Source: Delftia acidovorans NBRC 14950 (GTDB lineage: Bacteria; Pseudomonadota; Gammaproteobacteria; Burkholderiales; Burkholderiaceae_C). From it: a stretch of DNA of 32,000 nucleotides. Below are positions 1 to 8,892 of this stretch, one piece after another. The stretch lies in contig NZ_BCZP01000004.1 in the NCBI RefSeq assembly GCF_001598795.1, positions 90,001-122,000 of the forward strand, read 5' to 3'. A program made the position numbers and the translations under genes. Numbering within the stretch: the first letter of the stretch is position 1; every line of letters starts with the position of its first letter. The notes below the pieces were generated by a model. The model saw only the letters and a list, made by a program, of their open reading frames with translations. It had not been told where the DNA came from and searched no databases.

Positions 1-883
1 CGTCCGGGCGCCGGCGCAGCAGGCCGGCCGGCGTGCCGGGGTCGATGGCCGGCGGCAGCTGCGGCAGGGCGGCAGGCGCATCCAGCGCGGCGATCAGCGC
101 CTCGGGCACCTGGCCCGTGAGCACGGCCAGCCGGTGCTGCGCCATGGCGATCTGCGCCTGCAGCGCGGGAATGCGCGAGCGCGTGGCCTCCAGCTGGGCC
201 TGGGCGCGCGCCAGGTCGAACTCGGTGCCGCTGCCGTGCGCCAGGCGCAGCTGCACCAGGCGCAGCGTGTCCTGCTGGTTGGCCGCATTGGCCTGCGCCA
301 AGGCCAGGCGCTGCTGCCAGCCGCGCAGGTCGGCGTAGCTGCCCGCCACCTGGGCCGCAATGGCCACCTGCAGGGCCGCCAGGTCGGCCGCATCGGCGCG
401 CAGGTCGGCATGCCGCGCCTCGATGCTGCGCCGCACGCGGCCGAACACGTCGATCTCCCAGCTCGCGGCCAATCCGGCGGTGTAGCTGCGCTGGCTGCGC
501 GGGCCATAGAAGGCCTCGCTCTCGCTGAGCTTTTGCTGCGTGGCCCGGCCCGACATCGTGATCGTGGGTAGCTGGTCGAAGCGGCTTTCGCGCAGCAGCG
601 CCTGGGCACCGTCCAGCCGCGCCAGCGCCACCTGCAGGTCCTGGTTGTCGCCCAGCGCGCGCTCCACCAGCTGCGTCAGCTGCGGGTCCTGGAACTGGCG
701 CCAGAAGGCGGCGTCAGGCTCGGCCTGGGGGGTGGCCGGTGCAGGCTCGGCCCGCGCGAACTGCGCTGCGGCCCGCGGCGCCGCAGGCGCCTTGAAGTCG
801 GGGCCGACCGCGCAGCCGCCCACCAGGGCGGCGGATGCCAGCGCCAGCGCGTGGCGGCTCAGGGACTTGCGTATCTCAGGCAT
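1..883 (-). CDS. RND efflux outer-membrane factor lipoprotein, NodT/OprN family (partial; 3' end outside the window)
   Basis: The reverse-strand frame is open from the ATG at 883-881 to the window edge. My translation is MPEIRKSLSRHALALASAALVGGCAVGPDFKAP...FWRQFQDPQLTQLVERALGDNQDLQVALARL... It has a lipobox (LVGGC) and a typical NodT-family N-terminus. The ATG overlaps the stop of the upstream RND gene (ATGCCTGA). The gene is missing from the ORF track because it is truncated by the window edge. Confidence 0.85.
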   Translation of the reverse strand, partial: MPEIRKSLSRHALALASAALVGGCAVGPDFKAPAAPRAAAQFARAEPAPATPQAEPDAAFWRQFQDPQLTQLVERALGDNQDLQVALARLDGAQALLRESRFDQLPTITMSGRATQQKLSESEAFYGPRSQRSYTAGLAASWEIDVFGRVRRSIEARHADLRADAADLAALQVAIAAQVAGSYADLRGWQQRLALAQANAANQQDTLRLVQLRLAHGSGTEFDLARAQAQLEATRSRIPALQAQIAMAQHRLAVLTGQVPEALIAALDAPAALPQLPPAIDPGTPAGLLRRRPD

Positions 884-3800
884 GTGGGGACTCCAGGGAG
901 GCGGGCTGGGCAGGCCCGGTGGAATGCGCAGGCGCATGCCCCGTCAGCGCGCGGCCCGAAAGCCGGCGCAGCGTGACGTAGAACACCGGCGTGAGGAACA
1001 GGCCGAACAGGGTCACGCCCAGCATTCCCGAGAACACGGTCACGCCCGTGGCCGCGCGCACCTCGCTGCCCGCGCCGCCACCGATGAGCAGGGGCACGGC
1101 CCCCGCGATGAAGGCGATCGAGGTCATGACGATGGGCCGCAGCCGCAGGCGGCAGGCCTGCAGCGCGGCATCGACGATGCCCACGCCGCGCAGCTCCAGC
1201 TCGCGTGCGAATTCCACGATCAGGATGGCGTTCTTGCAGGCCAGCCCCATCAGCACCACCAGGCCCACCTGCACGAAGACGTTGTTGTCGCCGCCGGCCA
1301 GCCAGACGCCGAACAGCGCCGCGCAGATGCACACGGGCACGATGAGGATCACGGCCAGCGGCAGCGTCCAGCTCTCGTAGAGCGCGGCCAGCACCAGGAA
1401 GACCAGCATCACGGCAATGGCGAAGACCACTGCCGCGGCGTTGCTCTGCTCCACCTGCTGGTAGCTCAGGTCGGTCCAGGCCAGCTCGATGCCGCGCGGC
1501 AGCGTGCGCTGCGCGATCTCCTGGAGCTTGGCCAGCACCTCGCCCGAGGACAGCACGCGCGGGTCGGAGTCGCCGATCAGATCGGCCGCCGGAAAGCCGT
1601 TGTAGCGCAGCACCGGGTCGGGGCCGAAGCTGGGCACCACGGTGACCATGGAGCCTATGGGCACCATCTCGCCGCGCGCATTGCGCGTGCGCAGACTGGC
1701 GATGTCCTCCACGGTCTGGCGGTGGTCCGCGTCGGCCTGCAGCATCACGCGCCAGACGCGGCCGAAGGCGTTGAAGTCGTTGACGTAGACCGATCCCAGG
1801 TAGGCCTGCAGCGTCTGGAACAGGTCGGTCAGCGCCACGCCCTGGGCCTTGGCCTTGGTGCGGTCCACCTTGACTTCCAGCTGCGGGATGTTGGACTGGT
1901 AGCTGCTGACCGGGTAGGTCATGCCCGGCGTTTTGGCGATCTCGGCCTGGAAGGCCTGCAGCGCCTGCTGCAGCGCCGCGTAGCCCAGGCCCGCGCGGTC
2001 CTGCAGGAACAGCGAGTAGCCCGAGCCGTTGCCCAGGCCCTGGATGGGCGGGGGCATCAGCGCATAGGCGAAGCCGCCCTCGATCTGCGAGAACTTCGCG
2101 CCCAGCTCGGCATTGATGGCCTCGGCGCTGCGCGTGCGCTCGCCGAAGGGCTTGAGCATGATGTAGGCGCTGGTCAGGTTGGGCGTGGTCGTGGACTGCA
2201 GCGCGTTGAAGCCCGCGAAGGCGGCGACCATGTCCACGCCTTCCACGCTTTTGGCGGCATCGACCATCTGGCGCGTGACCGCATCCGTGCGGTTCAGCGA
2301 AGCCCCCTCGGGCAGCTTGGCGCCGCCGAACAGGTACAGCTTGTCCTGCAGCGGAATGAAGCCGCCCGGCACGGCCTGGAACAGCACGGCCGTGCCCGCC
2401 AGCAGCGCCGCATAGACCGCGAACACCAGGCCCCGGCGGCGCAGCGAATGCCCCACCGAGTTCTGGTAGCCGTGGGCGCTGCGGTCGAAGAAGCGGTTGA
2501 AGGGCCGGAAGAGCCAGCCCAGGCTGCGGTCCAGCCCGCGCGCCAGCGGATCGCGCGGCGCGCCGCGCGGCTGCAGCAGCTTGGCCGCCAGCGCGGGCGA
2601 CAGCGTCAGCGAGTTGATGGCCGAGATCACCGTGGAGATGGCAATCGTCACGGCGAACTGCTTGTAGAACTGACCCGTCACGCCGCTGAGAAAGGCCATG
2701 GGCACGAAGACCGCGCACAGCACCAGGGCGATGGCGATGATGGGGCCCGAGACCTCCTTCATCGCCAGGTGGGCCGCCTCCAGGGGCGTGTGCCCTTCCT
2801 CGATGTAGCGCTCCACGTTCTCCACCACCACGATGGCGTCGTCCACCACGATGCCGATGGCCAGCACCAGGCCGAACAGGGTCAGCGTGTTGATGGAGTA
2901 GCCCAGCAGGTACAGCCCCGCGAAGGTGCCGACGATGGACACGGGCACGGCCAGCAGCGGAATGATGGAGGCGCGCCAGGTCTGCAGGAAGACGATGACC
3001 ACCAGCACCACGAGGATGACGGCCTCGATCAGCGTGCTCTGCACCGCCTTGATGGAGTCGCGCACGAAGACCGTGGGGTCCCAGACCGTCTCGAAGGCCA
3101 CGCCCTCGGGCAGGTCCTGGGACAGCTTGTCCATGGCCGCGTAGACCTGCTCGGCCACGCCCAGCGCATTGGCGCCGGGCGACAGGAAGATGCCGACGGC
3201 CGCCATGTTCTTCTTGTCGCTCCACGAGCGCAGCGTGTAGTCGCTGGCGCCCAGCTCGATGCGCGCCACGTCGGCCAGGCGCACGACCTGGCCGTCCGCA
3301 CCGCCCTTGAGCACGATGCTGCCGAATTCCTCGGGCGTCTTCAGCCGCCCGCGCACGTTGATGGACAGCAGCTTGTCCGCGCTCTGCGGACTGGGCTGCG
3401 CGCCCAACTGCCCGGCCGAGACCTGGATGTTCTGCTCGCGGATGGCGGCAATCACCTCGGGCGCCGTGAGCTGGCGCGCGGCCACCTTGTCCGGGTCCAG
3501 CCACACGCGCATGGCGTAGTCGCCCGCGCCGTAGATGCCCACGTCGCCAATGCCCGGAATGCGTGCCAGCACGTCCTTGATCTTGAGCGTGACGTAGTTG
3601 CGCAGGTACAGCGCGTCATGCTGGCCGTCCTGGGACACCAGGCCCACGTACATCAGAGGCGTGGACGACTGCTTTTGCGTGGTCACGCCGAACTGGCGCA
3701 CCTCCTCGGGCAGACGGCTCTGGGCCTGGCTGACGCGGTTTTGCACGCGCACGGCGGCCGTGTCGGGATCGACGTCGGGGCGGAAGGTGGAGACCACCTG

Positions 3801-4070
3801 CAGGCTGCCGTCGGACGCCGCGACCGACTTCATGTACATCAGGCCTTCGACGCCGTTGATGGCCTCCTCCAGCGGCACGGCCACCGACTCGGCGACCTCC
3901 TTGGGATTGGCGCCCGGATAGGTGGCGCGCACCACCACGCTGGGCGGCACGACCTCGGGATACTCGCCCACGGGCAGCTGCGGAATCGCGACCAGCCCCA
4001 CGGCGAACAGGATGATGGAGAGCACGACCGCGAAGATCGGCCGGTCTATGAAGAATTTGGAGAAGTCCAT
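876..4070 (-). CDS. RND multidrug efflux permease (HAE1 family, MexF-like), 1064 aa
   Basis: Part of track ORF 876..4304(-). The internal ATG at 4070 gives MDFSKFFIDRPIFAVVLSIILFAVGLVAIPQLPVGEYPEVVPPSVVVRATYPGANPKEV..., the canonical AcrB/MexF N-terminus. The length of about 1060 aa is typical. GGGAAG lies upstream of the ATG. Confidence 0.95.
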   Translation of the reverse strand: MDFSKFFIDRPIFAVVLSIILFAVGLVAIPQLPVGEYPEVVPPSVVVRATYPGANPKEVAESVAVPLEEAINGVEGLMYMKSVAASDGSLQVVSTFRPDVDPDTAAVRVQNRVSQAQSRLPEEVRQFGVTTQKQSSTPLMYVGLVSQDGQHDALYLRNYVTLKIKDVLARIPGIGDVGIYGAGDYAMRVWLDPDKVAARQLTAPEVIAAIREQNIQVSAGQLGAQPSPQSADKLLSINVRGRLKTPEEFGSIVLKGGADGQVVRLADVARIELGASDYTLRSWSDKKNMAAVGIFLSPGANALGVAEQVYAAMDKLSQDLPEGVAFETVWDPTVFVRDSIKAVQSTLIEAVILVVLVVIVFLQTWRASIIPLLAVPVSIVGTFAGLYLLGYSINTLTLFGLVLAIGIVVDDAIVVVENVERYIEEGHTPLEAAHLAMKEVSGPIIAIALVLCAVFVPMAFLSGVTGQFYKQFAVTIAISTVISAINSLTLSPALAAKLLQPRGAPRDPLARGLDRSLGWLFRPFNRFFDRSAHGYQNSVGHSLRRRGLVFAVYAALLAGTAVLFQAVPGGFIPLQDKLYLFGGAKLPEGASLNRTDAVTRQMVDAAKSVEGVDMVAAFAGFNALQSTTTPNLTSAYIMLKPFGERTRSAEAINAELGAKFSQIEGGFAYALMPPPIQGLGNGSGYSLFLQDRAGLGYAALQQALQAFQAEIAKTPGMTYPVSSYQSNIPQLEVKVDRTKAKAQGVALTDLFQTLQAYLGSVYVNDFNAFGRVWRVMLQADADHRQTVEDIASLRTRNARGEMVPIGSMVTVVPSFGPDPVLRYNGFPAADLIGDSDPRVLSSGEVLAKLQEIAQRTLPRGIELAWTDLSYQQVEQSNAAAVVFAIAVMLVFLVLAALYESWTLPLAVILIVPVCICAALFGVWLAGGDNNVFVQVGLVVLMGLACKNAILIVEFARELELRGVGIVDAALQACRLRLRPIVMTSIAFIAGAVPLLIGGGAGSEVRAATGVTVFSGMLGVTLFGLFLTPVFYVTLRRLSGRALTGHAPAHSTGPAQPASLESPHA

Positions 4071-4083
4071 GGTGCTTCCCGGT

Positions 4084-5298
4084 TCACTGCGCGGCCACGG
4101 CCGGCGCCTTGGCCACCGCCGCCTGCCCGTCGCCGGGAGCAGGCTTGGGGCTGATCGGCATGCCGGGGTAGTAGATGCGCTGCAGGCCGCCGACCACGAG
4201 GCGGTCGCCCGCCGCCAGCCCCTTGTCCACCACGCGCCGGCCATCGACCATGCGGCCCAGCTCCAGGTCGCGGCGCTCGGCCTTGTTGCCCTCGCCCACC
4301 ACATAGACGTACTTGCGGTCCTGGTCGGTGAGCACGGCCTTGTCGTCGATCAGCAGCGTCTGCCGCTCGCCGCCCACGCCCTGCGCGTCTTGCAGTTGCA
4401 CGCGCGCGAACAGGCCCGGCGTCAGCAAGCGGTCGGGATTGGGCAGGCGGGCGCGCATGCGCACCGTGCCCGTGCCCGCGTTGAGCTGGTTGTCGGTGAA
4501 GTCCAGGCTGCCCGCATGCGGAAAGCCTTCGTCGCCAGCCAGCCCCACACGCACGGGCCGCTGCACGCCGGGCCGCCCCTTGGTGTCCTTGGCGGCCTGC
4601 TGCTGCCGCAGGAAGCTGTGCTCGTCCGCATCGAAGTAGACATACACCGGGTCCTGCGAAACCACGGTGGTCAGCACGCTCTGGTCGGCCTGGGCCAGGT
4701 TGCCCACGGTGAGCAGGGCGCGGCCCGCGCGGCCGGAGACCGGCGCGCGTACCTCGGTGAAATCCAGGTTGAGCCGGGCTGCCGCCAGCGCGGCCTCGGC
4801 GGCGCGCACCTGGGCGGCGCTCTGGGCCAGGGCACCGGCGCGCGTATCGGCTTCCTCGCGCGAGACGGCATGCTCTGCCACCAGCTGGCGGGCGCGCTGG
4901 TCCTGGGTGCGGGCCAGCGCGGCGCCTGCGCGCGTGCGCTCCAGCTCGGCCTCGGCGCTGGCCAGGGCGGCGCGGTAGGGCCTCTGGTCGATCACGAACA
5001 GCAACTGGCCCTTCCTGACCTCCTGCCCCTCGCTGAAGGCAATGCGCTCGATATAGCCCGACACGCGCGGGCGCAGTTGGACCGACTCCACGGCATCGAT
5101 GCGGCCGTTGAACTCGTCCCAGACACGCACGCTGGTCGGCACGACCTCGCTCACCAGCACCTCGGGCGCAGGCGGCGGGCCGTCGCTGGCATGGGCATCG
5201 CCCACGGCCTGCGGGCGGCAGCCGGCAAGCAGGGCCAGCGCCGCCAGGGCGCCTCCGAACAGGGCACGCCGCAACGGCGGCGGTGGAAGAACGGGCAT
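4084..5298 (-). CDS. RND efflux periplasmic adaptor (membrane fusion protein, MexE-like), 404 aa
   Basis: Part of track ORF 4084..5421(-). The ATG at 5298 is preceded by AAGGAG. The N-terminus MPVLPPPPLRRALFGGALAALALLAGC is a lipoprotein signal. HlyD/MFP hallmarks are present (RPRVSGYIERIAFSEGQEVRKGQLLFVID, coiled-coil hairpin, LDFTEVRAPVSGR). The gene lies 13 nt upstream of the RND gene. Confidence 0.9.
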   Translation of the reverse strand: MPVLPPPPLRRALFGGALAALALLAGCRPQAVGDAHASDGPPPAPEVLVSEVVPTSVRVWDEFNGRIDAVESVQLRPRVSGYIERIAFSEGQEVRKGQLLFVIDQRPYRAALASAEAELERTRAGAALARTQDQRARQLVAEHAVSREEADTRAGALAQSAAQVRAAEAALAAARLNLDFTEVRAPVSGRAGRALLTVGNLAQADQSVLTTVVSQDPVYVYFDADEHSFLRQQQAAKDTKGRPGVQRPVRVGLAGDEGFPHAGSLDFTDNQLNAGTGTVRMRARLPNPDRLLTPGLFARVQLQDAQGVGGERQTLLIDDKAVLTDQDRKYVYVVGEGNKAERRDLELGRMVDGRRVVDKGLAAGDRLVVGGLQRIYYPGMPISPKPAPGDGQAAVAKAPAVAAQ

Positions 5299-5419
5299 GG
5301 ATCGACTCTCCTTGAGGGGGATGGGCAAGGCCCTGCTGCCGGGGCTGCGGCGGGGCCGGAAAAAGGGGCGGGACCGCAGGCTCTGGAGGCCTTCCAGGCG
5401 GTTGCTCACAATGGGTTGC

Positions 5420-5450
5420 ATTCTTCAAGTTCAAGTGAACTTGAAGTCAT
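5420..5450 (-). promoter_or_regulatory. SoxR-box (MerR-type) promoter reading toward the RND efflux operon
   Basis: The minus strand reads ATGACT-(19 nt)-AAGAAT. The spacer contains the palindrome TTCAAGT-nn-ACTTGAA (5430-5445), which is close to the E. coli soxS operator CCTCAAGTTAACTTGAGG. The box starts at position 5 of the -35 hexamer and ends 3 nt before the -10, the same geometry as the soxS promoter. A 19-bp spacer is the MerR-family hallmark. Confidence 0.6.
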
Positions 5451-5717
5451 GATCCGCGCGCAAAGACACCACGAAAATTGAGGACGGTTTGCCGGGGATA
5501 TCGCTGGCCGGATCGGACAAGCGCAGCGGCAATTGACCAGGAACGACCTGAGAAGACCTGGACAGGCGCGCACAGACGGACACACGCGCGTTGCCGCACC
5601 TGCAGGACGCCACCACTACACTGCAAGGCCATCTGACCCAGGGTGGCGGCCAGGTACCGCCAGAAACCGCCGACGAACGCCGACACCCTCCATGGAAAAG
5701 CACTGGATGCCTGCCGC

Positions 5718-8700
5718 ATGAATCTGCTTGCTCACGCCACACTGTCCCGGCCACAGGGACGCAACGAACGCATCAGCACCGTGAGGGTGCTGGCCCTGGA
5801 GATGCCGGGCGGCGACACCACGGCCACCGCAGCGCGCCATGTCGTGACCTTGCAGGTCACGCAATTGAAGGCCGGCGTCGTCGCGCAGGTCGATGACAGC
5901 ACGCTCACCCCCTTGCCCCAGGCGCTGGAGCCTGCACGCCAGCGCGCGCTGGCCTACCTGCGCCAGCGCCTGGGCGCGGGCGATGTGCTGCAGTCCCATG
6001 AGGGCTTTGCGGAGCTGGATGCTGAAGCAGGCCCGGCGCCCTCCCCCGGCCAGGCCCCGGGACAGGCCACGGTGCCGCCAGGCCTGTCGGAGTCGGCCTT
6101 GCAGGCCGGCGCCATTTCCGCCCTGTGCAAACGCCTGGACGGCAGCGCCTGGCGGCTGATGCCCTCGGGCCAGCAGGCCCGGCTGGTGTGGCGGCTGGCC
6201 GAGTATGCGGACCCCGCGCGCGGCGGCGCCGCCCAGCGCCTGCTGCATGCCCAGGTTCCACGCCTGGTGGCGCTGCTGGGCACGGGGGACGATCTGCTCG
6301 ACTACTGCCTGGCCTACCTCATCGGGCGCCTGGGCGATGGCGGCGCGGCGGTGGCCCTGCAGGCGCTCTCGCAACGCGGCACCAGCGAGGCCACGCGCGA
6401 TCTGGCGCACCAGGCCTGGCTGGCCCTGCTGGAGCCGCAGGAACGCCAGGCGGCGCTGCAGGAGTACCAGGCGCAGTGGGCCGGGATCCCCCCGCAGAAA
6501 AACGGCCCGAAAGAGGACGGACCGCAGGCCGAACAGGCCTTCTTCCAGGCACTTGGGCCACAGGCGCTGCTGGCGGCCGATGCGCTGGGCGCGCACGACG
6601 GCGCCATCCACCAGCAGCTGCTGGCCTGGATGGAGCGCATCCCCTTCACGCGCGCCTGGTGGCCGGCCCTGCGGCGCATCCACAAGCGTGCCGAGTGGCG
6701 GCGCGACCACGCCCTGCTGGCCGTGCTGCATGCGCGCTTCGATGGCCCGCGCGACGAGGGTGCCGTCTTCAGCCGCGACACCTCGCTGTACCTGCGCCTG
6801 CGCGGCTGGCGCCAGCTGCGGCGCATGGCCTCGGCCGACCACAGCGAAAGCGCCGCCCATGCCGCAGCCCTGCTCCAGGCCATGGACCGCTGCTGCGCGG
6901 GCCTGCCTGCCTCGCGCTCCGGCCGCCTGCCCGAATCGCGCTGGCTGCTCGCCGCCCGGCTGCTGCTGCCGCGCTGGCCGCAACTGCATGCCTCGGCCCG
7001 CGCCCACACCTGGTACACCGACGAGCCGCTGGACCTGCAGCAGCTGCCCGCGCAGCGCGTGGAAGGACTTTCGGCCATGTGGGACGCCCACCCCGGGCAA
7101 CTGCTGCAACTGGTGGGCCGTTCGCAGTCCACGCTGCTGCTGTGGTCGCTCACGCGCGCCCTGCAGGACCAGAAGGCCTTTCTGGACGGCCTGGATGCAG
7201 CGGCCACCGCGCCGCTGCTGCACAAAACCTATGCACCGGCGGCTGCGCTGGGCCTTCAGATCGCGCAGCAGCGCATGGTCTCGCTGACCGACGATGCGGC
7301 GCGCCGGCCCTGGCTGCTGGCGCTTGCGCAATGCGGCGACGGGCCTGCCGCCAGCTACCTGGGCGCCTGGCTGTCGCGTGACCGCGCAGGCGCCGCGCGC
7401 GATGCCGAACTGGTGGCCGCCCTGCTGCTGTCACCGGCCGCCAGCTCGCGCACCCAGGGCCTGGCCCTGCTGTTTTATGCCGATGGTGCAGCCGTGGCCC
7501 TGGCCTTGCTGGCGGCGCTGCCCACGCTGGACGCCGAAAGCCCCGCGCTGGCCGATATCCGCGATGCGGTGCAGGCGCTGTTCGATGGCAACGGCCCGCT
7601 GGCTGCGCAGGCCGCCAGCGTCCCGGCCCCACCGCTGCACCACCTGCTGGCGCATTCGGTGACGGCGCTGGTGGAGATGGCCACCGCCTGGCTGCTGGCA
7701 CACCCGCAGGGCCTGCGGACCCTGCCGCCGGCGGCGTTGCGCGGGCTGCTGGAATCCGAGGAACCTGCGCGCATGGCCTGCGGCATACGGCTCATGGGCA
7801 GCCTGGCCGATGACCTGCTGTGCGAGCAGGCCGCCATGCTGGCCGAATTCGCCGTATCGCCGCATGCCGCCTTGCGCGCAGCGGCAGCGCCCCTGGTCGA
7901 GCGCCTGGCCGGCACCCCCGTCTACAACACGCGCTGCAACGCCCAGATCGCCGAGCGCCTGCACGAAGTGCTGTTCCGCGCGGAAAAGGCCGAAGGCGTC
8001 CACGACGCGGCGCTGCGGCTGCTCACCGGCCCGCTGGCCGCCGTGGCCCCGGCCCGCGATGCCTCGGGCATCTGGCGCGCCCTGCAGGCTCAGGCCAAGG
8101 GCGCACAGCGCTACGGCGTCTGGGGCCTGAAGGCGCTGGACCTGCAGGTCTACACGCTGCGCCAGTGGTCCACGCTGGCCCGGCATGCCGATGCCGACGT
8201 GCGCGCCTTGAGCCGCCAGAGCATCGATGCGCAGCTCACCCCCATGGACCGGACCCTGCCCGAGCAGGCCGAACAGCTGCTGCCGCTGGCTGACGCCCTG
8301 TTTGCCGACACGCAGCAGTACGCACGCGAGATGTTCGGCCAGCGGCTGCCGGACGGCGCCCTGTCGCCGCAGCTGCTGCTCGGCTGGGTCGATCACGCCC
8401 AGCCCTGGGTGCAGGCCCTGGGCCGCCAGCGGCTCGCGCAGCACATGAGCGCGCCCGAGGCCAGCCTCTTCCTCACGCGCCTGGCCCAGCACCCCGCCAC
8501 CAGCGTGCAGCTGTTCGTCACGCAATGGCTGCTCGCCCTGCCCGACGAGCCCGCGCCGCAGCGCGCGGCGCGCCTGCAGGAGCTGCAGCCCTACTTCCTG
8601 GCCGTGCTCAGCCAGGTGCACCGCGCGCGCGCCAGCAAGACACGCGTGCTGCATTTCCTGCGCAGCCAGGTGCAGGCGCCCGAGACCGCCGCCGTGGTGG

Positions 8701-8861
8701 CAGCCATCTTTGCGCGGCAGGTGGTCAGCGCCAGCCATGCCGACCAGCCCGACTATGTGGCCGGGCTGCGCGACATCGTGCAGCGCCATCCCCAGCTGGC
8801 GCAAAGCTTCATGCAGCCCCTGGCGGCGGAGCGGCGCGGCCAGGCCCCGTCTTCAACCTGA
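5718..8861 (+). CDS. Large Ala/Leu-rich alpha-helical-repeat protein (ARM/HEAT-like by composition); putative retron accessory protein
   Basis: Track ORF 5643..8861(+) is a single uninterrupted 3.2-kb frame with high third-position GC. The antisense ORFs are Arg/Gly-rich junk. The start is uncertain: GTG 5643, ATG 5718 (chosen) or ATG 5802. I recognise no catalytic motif. The repeat-like helical character is inferred from composition only. The gene sits 31 nt upstream of, and co-directional with, the SWIM gene. Confidence 0.6.
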   Translation: MNLLAHATLSRPQGRNERISTVRVLALEMPGGDTTATAARHVVTLQVTQLKAGVVAQVDDSTLTPLPQALEPARQRALAYLRQRLGAGDVLQSHEGFAELDAEAGPAPSPGQAPGQATVPPGLSESALQAGAISALCKRLDGSAWRLMPSGQQARLVWRLAEYADPARGGAAQRLLHAQVPRLVALLGTGDDLLDYCLAYLIGRLGDGGAAVALQALSQRGTSEATRDLAHQAWLALLEPQERQAALQEYQAQWAGIPPQKNGPKEDGPQAEQAFFQALGPQALLAADALGAHDGAIHQQLLAWMERIPFTRAWWPALRRIHKRAEWRRDHALLAVLHARFDGPRDEGAVFSRDTSLYLRLRGWRQLRRMASADHSESAAHAAALLQAMDRCCAGLPASRSGRLPESRWLLAARLLLPRWPQLHASARAHTWYTDEPLDLQQLPAQRVEGLSAMWDAHPGQLLQLVGRSQSTLLLWSLTRALQDQKAFLDGLDAAATAPLLHKTYAPAAALGLQIAQQRMVSLTDDAARRPWLLALAQCGDGPAASYLGAWLSRDRAGAARDAELVAALLLSPAASSRTQGLALLFYADGAAVALALLAALPTLDAESPALADIRDAVQALFDGNGPLAAQAASVPAPPLHHLLAHSVTALVEMATAWLLAHPQGLRTLPPAALRGLLESEEPARMACGIRLMGSLADDLLCEQAAMLAEFAVSPHAALRAAAAPLVERLAGTPVYNTRCNAQIAERLHEVLFRAEKAEGVHDAALRLLTGPLAAVAPARDASGIWRALQAQAKGAQRYGVWGLKALDLQVYTLRQWSTLARHADADVRALSRQSIDAQLTPMDRTLPEQAEQLLPLADALFADTQQYAREMFGQRLPDGALSPQLLLGWVDHAQPWVQALGRQRLAQHMSAPEASLFLTRLAQHPATSVQLFVTQWLLALPDEPAPQRAARLQELQPYFLAVLSQVHRARASKTRVLHFLRSQVQAPETAAVVAAIFARQVVSASHADQPDYVAGLRDIVQRHPQLAQSFMQPLAAERRGQAPSST

Positions 8862-8892
8862 GCGCCGCAACAAGGCACGGAGTCGATCGGAC

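Noticed and set aside
540-4154. 1204-aa plus-strand ORF (and 859..3504 minus, in another frame) overlapping the RND gene
   Set aside because: It is antisense or off-frame to a clearly recognisable AcrB/MexF-type protein. The translation is Arg/Gly/His/Gln-rich low-complexity sequence, typical of spurious open frames in approx. 70% GC DNA.
5616-5624. 9-mer CTACACTGC shared between the region upstream of the first retron gene (5616-5624) and the region upstream of the ncRNA (10636-10644)
   Set aside because: A single 9-nt match between two spacers of about 300 nt is roughly what chance would give. No flanking similarity or symmetry supports a shared operator.
5643-5717. GTG at 5643 as the start of the large repeat protein
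   Set aside because: It is not excluded, but it is a GTG without a visible RBS, and third-position GC in 5643-5717 is lower than in the body of the gene. ATG 5718 was preferred, and ATG 5802 remains possible.
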